Shown here in pieces: positions 1-8,347 of a DNA stretch of 64,000 bases. Source of the stretch: Armatimonadota bacterium. Its GTDB lineage: Bacteria > Armatimonadota > UBA5829 > DSUL01. The notes under the pieces are model-generated. The model had not been told where the DNA came from, made no database searches, and worked only from the letters and a program-made list of their open reading frames with translations. The position numbers were made by a program, and so were the translations under genes. Location of the stretch: assembly GCA_039811685.1 (NCBI GenBank), contig JBDHZC010000005.1:1-64000 (forward strand). Reading direction: 5' to 3'. The stretch's first letter is position 1. Each line of letters starts with the position of its first letter.

Positions 1-150
1 GAAACCTGCGGGATGAGAAGAGATTCCTTCCACCCTCCGCTCACCTTCGCCTCGTGCCCGGCGGATCTCCAGGGTGGAAAAACCGCGGGATGGACAGCTA
101 CGCTAATTCCCGAAGCGCTGGAGTCGCCTTGGTTCGCTTGACGCGTGCCG

Positions 151-3100
151 CTACTGAATCTGGATGTCTGCCTGCGTGCGCGGGTAAAGAGCAGGCGCCA
201 GAAGCCGGGTGCCCTGGGGCTTCATAACCTCGTTTACTATGGCTGGCGCGCTGAGCGTGAGGGTATCTTTGCGGACAACGCCTGTTATCGCCACAGCCTG
301 ACCCACCGGCGGCAAGCTCAAGGTGCGGCAGGCTATCCGGAGACCCACGTACTGGTTTCCGGACGGGCCGGACCCATCCATCAGCCCGCTTCCGTCGTCC
401 ACATAGACCCAGCCCTTAGCCTCATCCACGGCAGTCACAACACCACCGATACGCGCGAGTAGGCACCGTGGATTCAACCCCAGCTCGGACAGCCCATCTT
501 CGTCCAGATCGGACAGGGCGATTTCGCGTGTCAACATCACAAGCGGCACAGGCTCTGGGCCGGAAGAGAGCACACGAAAATCGTCCATCCAAAGCCGCCA
601 CACTCCGTTTACGTAGGTAAGCGTACCGACAACGTCGAGCACATCACCCCGCGACGCTGTCGTCGCTTCGGGTCCATCCATCTGCAACCCTGTGGCCCGG
701 TCTGCTTGTTGTGCCGAGACAGAGCCGTTGCCTTGTGACCTGGTTGCCGATACGATCAGACCGGTTAACCGCACCTTCGCGCCTTCTCCCTGATCGATTG
801 CGTCCTGCACCAACGTGAGAGCGGGAGGTGGCGACCGGAAGTAGAACTCACCAGTTGTGACATTGCTGGGAAGCCATCCATCCATAAACGCTCGCGCTTT
901 GAGCCTAGTTGTAGGATTTCTCACCACTACTCCGTCTGCCGCAACAGGTGAGTATTCCGTAGGATCAGAGCTGTCTGTTGTGTAGCGCACGATCGACCCT
1001 GTTACTCCGTGTATCGCTACTAAAATTGGACTAAAATAGCTCGTAGCGTTCGGTGGGTCCATGACCGGTGGCGGAAGGATATGCTCACCGAACGCTTCAT
1101 CCGCACCCATATCTGGATTTCCGTCCAGTATGCGGTGATCTCCGTCTATGTCCATCTGCGGCAAGCCCTCGATGAGCCATCGTCCACTGTTGCGGCAGGG
1201 AGACGCATAGGTCAGGTGGTAATCGCCCGACGCGCGATCCACAAACAGTGGGTCAGCATTCAGGTATCCGGACGGGAAGACTGGGATTTCAGGTCCGTTT
1301 GAGAAGACGCAGTTGGACGAGTAGGTGCACGAGCCCCCATAGGAAGGTGTCGAATCATTGAATGCTAGAATCAGATTGACAAAAGCTGGATTCACATTGT
1401 AATGAAAACCGTCAATATATGAAGCGTCGTAAGGTGCGGAGATTAGGAATGGATTGGCATTGTCCACTATTGTGTCGTTAATCAAGGCCGGCTTGCTGTA
1501 TGACCGCACTCCATGCTCCCAGTTCTCTGCTATGACAGAGTTGGTGACCTGTGGAGATCCCAGAGAGCTTTTTACTCCTATCCTCCAGCCCGAGATGGTG
1601 CAGGCGTCAATAGCCGGCGAAGTATCACGGCACAAAATGCCGGAGGCGCTTGTGGTGCCGGGAGTGGGATCTATCGCGCTGATTTTGAAGCCTTGTAGTA
1701 CGGCGCCACTGGCAGCATAGACGCCGTGTGCCCTAAGGCTGGATGGTTGGATGACAGTCGAGTTAGTTGTCGGGTGAGGTGCAGCGTCTGGAGATTCGTC
1801 TCCCGCAAAGCCTCCTCTGACATACGCAAAGGGCTGAAGTGCAACGGTCTCATTGTAAACGCCGGACGCCACCCGAACCTCCGCCGGGCCGTTTGCATAG
1901 ACATCCTCCATAGCGTCATTGATCGTGTGAAACGCGCTGCTCCAGCTCTGTCCATCTCCACCGGGTGGGGAGGACGCCGCAACATACAGCAGTCTGGTCG
2001 GCGTCGAGTGTGCGGCGCCGTCCGACTCGTAAGCCCCGATATCTGTACCGGCGCCCTGGGTTCTGGGCTGTCCGGCGATATCCACCGTCTGCGGTTCTCC
2101 TGATGGTGGGCCGGCGGCATCTATACAGGGCGATCCGGGCTGCAGGCGGTAGTCCCCCATGTCGCAGTTGACGAAGAGTGGATCACCATAATAGTCTGTC
2201 TCTCGCCATCCTTTATTGTCCTGCACCGAGCTATCCCAGTTGGCATAGAACACGTTGTGTCCAAGCGACGAAAAGCTGGTGACGCCAAAACGATTCCAAG
2301 CAAGAATATTATTCGAAAGCTGTGGTTTGGTGGAGTCGATACAGGCGTATGTGTGGCCCACCATGGTGTTGCCGGAAGCAGTCACTGAACTCGCTCTGAT
2401 CCCGGTACCGTTTCGCGCTATCACATTGCCCACGGCGTCGACGTGCTCGGAGCGTATGCCAATCGTATTGCCACATATGGTGTTGCGAACAACCACCAGT
2501 GTCCCGGAAGCCGAAGCTGGCGTAGCTATGCCGTACCCGTAGCACCCGCTGATCGTGTTACCTTCGATGCGAACGCCCCGATTTGTGTAGATCCCTGCGT
2601 ACATCGAGCCGCGGATTGTATTCCCGGTCACAGTCACGTCTTCGGAATCAGTGAGGGAGACGCCGTCCCAGTCTGTCAGGAGGATCTGATTGTTGCTGAT
2701 TGCGCCGGTGCACTGCGCGAAGGCGATTGCCGTTCCACACTGCTCAAATACGCTGGAGTTGACAGAAACATCGCTTGCAGTCGCGTTCACGCCCGATGTC
2801 TGCTGGTTTACAAACCGGCAGTTGGCGATACTGACGCCCTGCGCCAAGTTGCACTCCACGCCCGTCAGCCCGCCGGAAATGGTTACTCCGCTGATAGTGA
2901 CGTCGGAGGCGGCAACAATGACCGGACCTGATATATCTGTACGCTCCAACACCGTTGTTTGGTCTGGGTTGGGTGCGCCGGTTGCGGGATCGAAGCCTCC
3001 CACGATCGTGATGCCGGTTGGCACGCCTACCGGTCCCTCGTATTCGCCACCGGCGATCTGGATGGTATCCCCGGCTTGAACCACCGAGGTAACCACACTA

Positions 3101-3273
3101 ATAGTTCTTCTGGCTAGCGCCCAGCTAGATCCGTCCATGGCATCGTCTCCATCTACCCGGACGTAGTGCACGTTGGCCGCAGATATGGGAGTAACCGCAC
3201 AGAATAGCGCTCCGCAAATGAAGTCCACTACCGCGGCAGCCAACGCTACTGTTGAAAGCTTCGTCCTGTTCAC
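151..3273 (-). CDS. Secreted right-handed parallel beta-helix (pectin-lyase-like) repeat protein with two beta-helix modules, an FN3-associated/chitobiase-like domain and a ~200-aa C-terminal module
   Basis: Signal-peptide-like N-terminus; two 'YV..G.D..DG.SW..A..TI' module starts; repeated 'GDYRLQPGSPCIDA' / 'GDYHLTYASPCRNSG'; 'VRYTTDSSDPT..SP' motif. Confidence 0.8.
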   Translation of the reverse strand: MNRTKLSTVALAAAVVDFICGALFCAVTPISAANVHYVRVDGDDAMDGSSWALARRTISVVTSVVQAGDTIQIAGGEYEGPVGVPTGITIVGGFDPATGAPNPDQTTVLERTDISGPVIVAASDVTISGVTISGGLTGVECNLAQGVSIANCRFVNQQTSGVNATASDVSVNSSVFEQCGTAIAFAQCTGAISNNQILLTDWDGVSLTDSEDVTVTGNTIRGSMYAGIYTNRGVRIEGNTISGCYGYGIATPASASGTLVVVRNTICGNTIGIRSEHVDAVGNVIARNGTGIRASSVTASGNTMVGHTYACIDSTKPQLSNNILAWNRFGVTSFSSLGHNVFYANWDSSVQDNKGWRETDYYGDPLFVNCDMGDYRLQPGSPCIDAAGPPSGEPQTVDIAGQPRTQGAGTDIGAYESDGAAHSTPTRLLYVAASSPPGGDGQSWSSAFHTINDAMEDVYANGPAEVRVASGVYNETVALQPFAYVRGGFAGDESPDAAPHPTTNSTVIQPSSLRAHGVYAASGAVLQGFKISAIDPTPGTTSASGILCRDTSPAIDACTISGWRIGVKSSLGSPQVTNSVIAENWEHGVRSYSKPALINDTIVDNANPFLISAPYDASYIDGFHYNVNPAFVNLILAFNDSTPSYGGSCTYSSNCVFSNGPEIPVFPSGYLNADPLFVDRASGDYHLTYASPCRNSGRWLIEGLPQMDIDGDHRILDGNPDMGADEAFGEHILPPPVMDPPNATSYFSPILVAIHGVTGSIVRYTTDSSDPTEYSPVAADGVVVRNPTTRLKARAFMDGWLPSNVTTGEFYFRSPPPALTLVQDAIDQGEGAKVRLTGLIVSATRSQGNGSVSAQQADRATGLQMDGPEATTASRGDVLDVVGTLTYVNGVWRLWMDDFRVLSSGPEPVPLVMLTREIALSDLDEDGLSELGLNPRCLLARIGGVVTAVDEAKGWVYVDDGSGLMDGSGPSGNQYVGLRIACRTLSLPPVGQAVAITGVVRKDTLTLSAPAIVNEVMKPQGTRLLAPALYPRTQADIQIQ

Positions 3274-3283
3274 CGTCCGACTC

Positions 3284-4102
3284 CTAGGGGGTTATCCACA
3301 TCAGCACGTCGCCAGCATCATTCAACAGCGCCCAGCGAGCGCTTCCGTACGCCGCAGTCGTTGAGACATTGTCGTCATCGGCGACACTATCTGCGACAGA
3401 CTTTACACTTCCGTCTGCCATCAGAAAATGCGATGCGCCGCTGTGAAGATTCGTTTCGGCCCGCGAGCGCTGAGTGCTGTGTGGATTGGTGTGAAAGATG
3501 TTGTTGGGTTTGTTCTGGGGTGGATAGAGGGTCTCTGTCGTCCACGCCAGAGCAACGGATTGATCCGCAACGCCCATCTCCCACAACACCGGTGTCTTTA
3601 CAGGTTCAGGAATTTGTGAAAGCGTCTTTTGAAGAACGTGGAAGTTAATCGCGTACGTGATACGGGAATCTCCGAAGCCGGGAACACTGCCAGTTACAGA
3701 AGGACCGTAGTTGTCAACAACGCTCGGGCACCGCCAGACGGTTTCTGTCGGGCTCTTGGCCGTTGAAAAATGCTCAGCAGGCACTCCTCTCTTGACGTAC
3801 GGGTCCAGCCCCGCGACAAAGGGGAGTTGCGAGTAGTTGGGAGCCCGTGGCGTGGTAGGAAGAAATACACGGAAGCTGGACCTCGGATTAGTCGGGCTCA
3901 GCTTGTTGGTTGGAAAGTGGCCGGCATTGTCTGCCATATAGAGGCTGAGGGCCATGCCGAGCTGGCGCATGTTGCGTTGGCACGTGGAAGCCTCCCGGTC
4001 ACTGGTTGCGCGCTTGACCGCAGGAGCAACGACAGCAGCCATACCTGCAACTACCGCCACAGAGGCGGCCAGATCAATGAGAACGAACGCGTTGTGTTTC
4101 AA
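3284..4102 (-). CDS. Prepilin-type N-terminal / H-X9-DG domain protein (DUF1559-like)
   Basis: Probable TTG start at 4102 giving MKHNAFVLIDL followed by a hydrophobic helix; 'CQRNMRQLGMALSLY'; 'WRCPS'; C-terminal HSGASHFLMADG = H-X9-DG. Confidence 0.8.
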   Translation of the reverse strand: MKHNAFVLIDLAASVAVVAGMAAVVAPAVKRATSDREASTCQRNMRQLGMALSLYMADNAGHFPTNKLSPTNPRSSFRVFLPTTPRAPNYSQLPFVAGLDPYVKRGVPAEHFSTAKSPTETVWRCPSVVDNYGPSVTGSVPGFGDSRITYAINFHVLQKTLSQIPEPVKTPVLWEMGVADQSVALAWTTETLYPPQNKPNNIFHTNPHSTQRSRAETNLHSGASHFLMADGSVKSVADSVADDDNVSTTAAYGSARWALLNDAGDVLMWITP

Positions 4103-4374
4103 GACTGCTCTTTCCCGTCCTGCGCCATCTCCCCAGGCAGCCTCTCGCAAACTCTGGTCGTGGCGCGAGAACTCACAGACGCCTGCACACCTGTAACGCC
4201 ATTATAACACGCCGGGCGGCGTCAGAATAGTCAGAAACAACCACAGAAACAATAGTCGGCGCAGGCTTCTGAGATATTCCATGTTGAGGGGATTGCTAAC
4301 GGGATCACGGTCTGAATGGGTTCGTCGCAGATTAGGAGGCTTGCGGCGGGGCTATAATCCCTGTGGAGGCATCA

Positions 4375-4485
4375 ATGGCTGATACAGTAGTGATAACCGG
4401 CGTGGGGCCAGGTCTGGGAGCGTCGCTGGCGCACAAGTTTGCGTCCAACGGCTGTCAGGTGGCAATGCTCGCGCGCTCGGCAGAA
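4375..4485 (+). pseudogene. N-terminal fragment of a short-chain dehydrogenase (SDR)
   Basis: GGAGG RBS then MADTVVITGVGPGLGASLAHKFASNGCQVAMLARS (TGxxxGxG); SDR resemblance stops after ~37 codons. Confidence 0.65.
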
Positions 4486-4489
4486 GTGA

Positions 4490-4628
4490 CCGAGGTTCGT
4501 CCGCGAACAAAAGCCGAACCACCAGGACTCCTGGGAGTGGTGGCTGGCAATCGTCTCACACCGGTTGCCGTCTTCCCGGTAAACCCACGCCTCGATGGTC
4601 ATGGGAACGCTGGAGTCGAAGTGCGCCT
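4490..4628 (-). pseudogene. Internal fragment of a LamG/concanavalin-A-like domain
   Basis: In-frame HFDSSVPMTIEAWVYREDG...WWFG; 'TIEAWV' is typical of LamG-like domains; no intact gene around it. Confidence 0.5.
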
Positions 4629-4630
4629 TT

Positions 4631-4658
4631 CATCCCTCCAGGTTTCCTAACCTGGAGG
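4631..4658 (+). repeat. Palindrome family A (CATCCCTCCAGGTT-N4-AACCTGGAGG), REP-like
   Basis: Perfect 10-bp stem; related copies at 4835-4855, 23560-23590, 24750-24781 and degenerate ones at 1-92. Confidence 0.75.
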
Positions 4659-4670
4659 CACGGAAATATT

Positions 4671-4733
4671 GATGCTGCGGGAATGACAGACTCTTCATGT
4701 CCCTGGACCTCCACTGAACTCAATTCCCGCAGC
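4671..4733 (+). repeat. Hairpin family B (GATGCTGCGGGAAT...ATTCCCGCAGC)
   Basis: Terminal inverted repeat; near-identical to 6168-6229 including the loop. Confidence 0.8.
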
Positions 4734-4810
4734 CAGGGTGCGGTCTGTTCGGAGGTTGCGGCAGTTGAATCCCAGCAGTGGTTACGTCCGCTGAGGATGA
4801 TGGCATTGCC

Positions 4811-5773
4811 TCAGCATCCAAAGCACGTCTTCACGTTAGGAAACCTGGAGGGATGGAAAAGCTGTAGCACCCCCGGAGCACTCCGCGCCTTTTGATGCTG
4901 CGGGGATTTCGGTTTCCAGTCACCCGTCACTCCGGTGAGGCTTGTCATTCCCGCAGCATCTGAAATAACTTTTGTTTTATTCTCTCCATCGTTTCCATCA
5001 ATGCTTAACACCATCGACTGTGGTGAGAGTCTTATATCTCGATAATCTACTCTAAGGGCATAGTTTCCTCCTTTCCTATGTATCTCCATCTTAGTAACAG
5101 CCCCTTCTATTTCAAAGCGTTGGACATCATGTTTTCCATCTTTTGATATTAGTATCGTATTACTTCCTTCCTTTAGATTATCAAATGCAAGTGCTATCAC
5201 TCTATCATCTTCCGAAACAGCCGGAAGCGCACTAGCCGATGCTGCAAAGATTATTTTTAATCCAGCATTATTTGACAAAAGACGTGCACAAATATTAAAC
5301 GGACTCATCGAGTCTTGTGCTCGATTAATACCTAATCCCATTCCACCTAGTTGTGCCCAATAAATATATTCTCCAATTTTATAAGGAGGAGAACTTTTAA
5401 TTTTTAATCCTACATTATATTTTCGTGAACCAACAACTAAAAACTTTCCTTCAAAATATAATTTCTCTCGAGATTTAACTGATGGAGCTCTCGTCTTCTT
5501 GGGAAAAACAGTCGGTGGGCGGATTGGTGTTACCTCTATGCTATCTCTTGGTATGATTTTAGCAGCAGGCACTGTTGAGTTAATATGAGACTCCGTTTGA
5601 AGAAGCGCCCATATGCCTAAAGAGACAGCTAATAGCGCGGACAGGGCCCATAATTCCGTTTTACGTTTGCGAAATGTATCCAGAATGTTTTTAGAATCTG
5701 CAGAGGACGGCTGATTCAGTGGACTTTTCTCTTGTGGTCTTCTTCCGGCGTCTTGGTTATCTTCTACCCTCAT
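4811..5773 (-). CDS. AT-rich hypothetical single-pass membrane protein, probably horizontally acquired and 3'-truncated
   Basis: 320-aa ORF with one TM helix (LWALSALLAVSLGIWALL); visibly AT-rich from ~5800 to 4961, after which the frame runs through repeats B and A. Confidence 0.55.
   Translation of the reverse strand: MRVEDNQDAGRRPQEKSPLNQPSSADSKNILDTFRKRKTELWALSALLAVSLGIWALLQTESHINSTVPAAKIIPRDSIEVTPIRPPTVFPKKTRAPSVKSREKLYFEGKFLVVGSRKYNVGLKIKSSPPYKIGEYIYWAQLGGMGLGINRAQDSMSPFNICARLLSNNAGLKIIFAASASALPAVSEDDRVIALAFDNLKEGSNTILISKDGKHDVQRFEIEGAVTKMEIHRKGGNYALRVDYRDIRLSPQSMVLSIDGNDGENKTKVISDAAGMTSLTGVTGDWKPKSPQHQKARSAPGVLQLFHPSRFPNVKTCFGC
4835..4855 (-). repeat. Truncated family A copy
   Basis: Reverse complement catccctccaggtttcctaac is identical to 4631-4651, then breaks off. 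Confidence 0.7.
4894..4960 (-). repeat. Hairpin family B, inverted copy with a different loop
   Basis: gatgctgcggggat...gtcattcccgcagcatc. Confidence 0.75.
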
Positions 5774-5803
5774 CTCTTACCACTCCTACTAGAACACAAA
5801 ATC

Positions 5804-5884
5804 GGTATTTCGGGATTTGAGGGTTGGACGTTGAGACCTTCAGAACCCCGGTAAGGTGGGGCTCCAACCCGGAAATCCCGAAAT
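5804..5884 (+). repeat. Hairpin family C (TTTCGGGATTT..GGTTGGA...TCCAACC..AAATCCCGAAA), RAYT downstream-end type
   Basis: Near-identical to 23973-24053 beside the intact RAYT. Confidence 0.85.
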
Positions 5885-5903
5885 CGTGGCCGGTGCGCAT
5901 AGC

Positions 5904-5977
5904 TCACTGCTCGATTGGTATGACTGGCAAGCACCTGCTTCCTCCTGTCCCGTAGAGCCTCAGGCTTGAGAACGGCC
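5904..5977 (-). pseudogene. C-terminal remnant (23 codons) of a second RAYT transposase
   Basis: Translates PFSSLRLYGTGGSRCLPVIPIEQ* versus PFSSLRFYETGEKVCPPVIPLEQ* of 24073..24606. Confidence 0.85.
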
Positions 5978-6039
5978 GGACCTCCTCGCCCGCGTTCACA
6001 CATCCGTATAACGCTCAGTGGCTAGCGGCGATTTCGGCT

Positions 6040-6068
6040 AGTCTACGACTGCCAGAGCCGCCTGTCAA
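6040..6068 (-). promoter_or_regulatory. Sigma70-type promoter
   Basis: TTGACA-17 bp-TAGACT on the minus strand, with a downstream GAGGAGG near 5981-5987. Confidence 0.55.
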
Positions 6069-6167
6069 GGGGGTTGCCCGGATGCTTTGTCCGCTCTGTG
6101 CAGAGCGCATCTGGACCGGCAAACACCGTCCCTGGTCCGCGGGATCTCTGGCGTCTAGCCTTTTCTT

Positions 6168-6229
6168 GATGCTGCGGGAATGACAGACTCCTCATGCCCC
6201 TCGTCCTCTACTGACCTCAATTCCCGCAG
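6168..6229 (+). repeat. Hairpin family B
   Basis: gatgctgcgggaatgacagactcctcatg...caattcccgcag; direct repeat of 4671-4733. Confidence 0.8.
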
Positions 6230-6384
6230 TATAGGAAGCGGCCTGTTTTCATTGCAACCTGATAGATGAAGGCGTTGCCGGAAATGTGCGACACTTCGAT
6301 GGAAGTGTGGGCGGAGGCGGCTATACTCCAGACAGAGGTAACTGCACGGGAGTGTGGGAGCCTGCCTTTGGAGGTCTGACTGTT

Positions 6385-7461
6385 ATGAAGCTCTCAGATA
6401 TCATCGCCGTTCTGGAGACACTGGCGCCGCCGCATCTGGCCCTTGCGGATGACCCGATCGGTCTGCACTTTGGAGACCCTGAGCAGCCTGTCAGAAGATG
6501 CGCCGTCTGCCTGGATCTCACCCCGGGGGTCTGGGCGGATGCCTGCGCCGCAGATTGTCAGGCAGTTTTCACCCATCACCCGCTCATCTACAATCCGCTC
6601 AAGAGCCTTGCCGAGACTTCTCCGCAGCGCCGGCTTATGACAGACGTCGTGCGATCGGGAGTGGGCGTCTATTCCCTGCATACCAACTGGGACGCCGCGC
6701 CGGACGGCCTGAACCATGCCCTGGCGCGGGCAGTCGGGCTGGAGGACGGGGAGCCGCTGGAGATAACCTACCGGGAAAAGCAACTGAAGCTCGTCGTCTT
6801 TGTGCCTCAGGAAGCCCTCGAGCGGGTGAGAGTTGCGCTGGGAGAAGCGGGCGCGGGCGTGATCGGCGCGTACTCGTTCTGCAGCTTTCGCACGCCGGGC
6901 ACGGGAGTGTTTCTACCGGAATCCGGCGCTCGTCCCCACATCGGCCAGGCCGGTCGCTTTGAGGAAGTTGAAGAGCTTCGTCTGGAAGTTTCTCTTCCCG
7001 AGGGCGCTCTGGACGCCGTAGTGGACGCTATGCTGGCAGCGCATCCTTACGAGGAGGTCGCCTACGACGTGTACGAGCTGCGAGGCTCTGAAAAGGCTTA
7101 CGGCATAGGTCTCATCGGAGACATCGCCTCTCCCTGCTCATTCGCTGATCTGAGGGAGCGCGTCTCCTGTGCGCTGGGGCATCCCGCGCTGCGCTGCGAA
7201 GGCGCCGACAGTGAGACTGTGCGCACTCTCGCCGTGTGCGGAGGAGCGGGCGGCAGCCTTCTGGAGCTGGCGGCGAAGGGCGGAGCGCAGGCGTATCTGA
7301 CTTCGGATGTGCGCCATCACGAGTTTATCGCGGCTCAGGCGCTGGGACTCGGGCTGATTGACGGCACGCACTACGCAACGGAGATCATCGGGATGCGTCA
7401 TCTGGCTGACAAGCTGAGACAGGCGCTGGGCGGCGAGGTGGACGTGGTTTTCATCCCCTGA
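6385..7461 (+). CDS. Nif3-like dinuclear metal-centre protein (long form with PII-like insert)
   Basis: 'FTHHPLIY', 'LHTNWD', 'KLVVFVP', 'HPYEEVAYD', 'GTHYATE'; ATG at 6385 after GGAGG. Confidence 0.92.
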   Translation: MKLSDIIAVLETLAPPHLALADDPIGLHFGDPEQPVRRCAVCLDLTPGVWADACAADCQAVFTHHPLIYNPLKSLAETSPQRRLMTDVVRSGVGVYSLHTNWDAAPDGLNHALARAVGLEDGEPLEITYREKQLKLVVFVPQEALERVRVALGEAGAGVIGAYSFCSFRTPGTGVFLPESGARPHIGQAGRFEEVEELRLEVSLPEGALDAVVDAMLAAHPYEEVAYDVYELRGSEKAYGIGLIGDIASPCSFADLRERVSCALGHPALRCEGADSETVRTLAVCGGAGGSLLELAAKGGAQAYLTSDVRHHEFIAAQALGLGLIDGTHYATEIIGMRHLADKLRQALGGEVDVVFIP

Positions 7462-7485
7462 AAATGGTTAAGATAAAGCAGCGCT

Positions 7486-8244
7486 ATGTCATCTCTGCTT
7501 GCGATAGATATCGGTAATCACAAGATTGCGTTTGGACTCTTCGAAGACCTTCAGCAACCTGTGCGCACCTGGTCAGTTCCCACCGCCTCCGCCGCTGACG
7601 CCGCCTGGGACCTGCTCACCGATGTGCTCGCCGGGCAGAGTGGCCTTCTGGTGAGTATCGCCAGCGTGGTTCCGTCGTTGACTTACGGCTTTTCCGAGCG
7701 GGTGGCGGACTACGCCGAGGAGGTGTTCACGCTGGAGCCCGGCACGTACAAAGCCTCCGAAGTCCGGTACAATCCGCCAGCCGACCTGGGGCCAGACCGT
7801 CTCGCCAACGCCATCGCGGCCCGGCGCCTCTACGGCGGCCCTTCGTGCGTCGTTGATCTGGGAACGGCAACGACTTTTGATGTTGTCGCGGAGGACGGGG
7901 CTTTTCTCGGTGGCGCGATAGCGCCGGGAATAGACACAGCCGCATCTGCGCTCTTTGAAAAGACAGCGCGGCTTGGCAGTCCGGGGTGGAAAGTCCCGTC
8001 GCGAGCGCTCGGTCAGAGCACGGCGGACTGCCTGTTGTCCGGCACTGTCCTGGGATATGGGGGTCTGGTAGATCACCTTGTGGAGCTTCTGGCCTCCGAG
8101 GCTGGGCCATTTCTGCGCGTAGTGGGCACCGGTGGGATGGCAGAGTTTGTCGCACAGACGTCAAGCGCCATTCAGGAAATCCGGCCAACTCTGACTCTGG
8201 AAGGGCTCAATATCGCGTGCCGCACGTCGCGCGGTGATCTTTAG
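7486..8244 (+). CDS. coaX: Type III pantothenate kinase
   Basis: 'LAIDIGN', 'LGPDRLAN', 'VDLGTATTFD', 'GGAIAPG', 'GTGG'. Confidence 0.93.
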   Translation: MSSLLAIDIGNHKIAFGLFEDLQQPVRTWSVPTASAADAAWDLLTDVLAGQSGLLVSIASVVPSLTYGFSERVADYAEEVFTLEPGTYKASEVRYNPPADLGPDRLANAIAARRLYGGPSCVVDLGTATTFDVVAEDGAFLGGAIAPGIDTAASALFEKTARLGSPGWKVPSRALGQSTADCLLSGTVLGYGGLVDHLVELLASEAGPFLRVVGTGGMAEFVAQTSSAIQEIRPTLTLEGLNIACRTSRGDL

Positions 8245-8347
8245 CAGGTCTGCCCAGCGGTTGACAGACGCTGGTCTCAGCAGTGGCGCTTCGTGGCGGG
8301 CCGGTACATCATATTTGAGGTGAGCGCGCGCCCCTTTTCACACTGAC

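Noticed and set aside
4363..4650. Intact 95-aa SDR gene
   Set aside because: Only the first ~37 codons are SDR-like; the rest is the antisense of a LamG-like fragment and repeat A.
4835..6075. Integron attC cassettes (TAAC/GTT motifs near hairpins)
   Set aside because: No consistent RYYYAAC...GTTRRRY framing, inserts are fragments rather than whole genes, and no tyrosine integrase is present.
4631..6229. CRISPR array
   Set aside because: Repeats belong to three families in mixed orientation with irregular spacing; no cas genes in the window.
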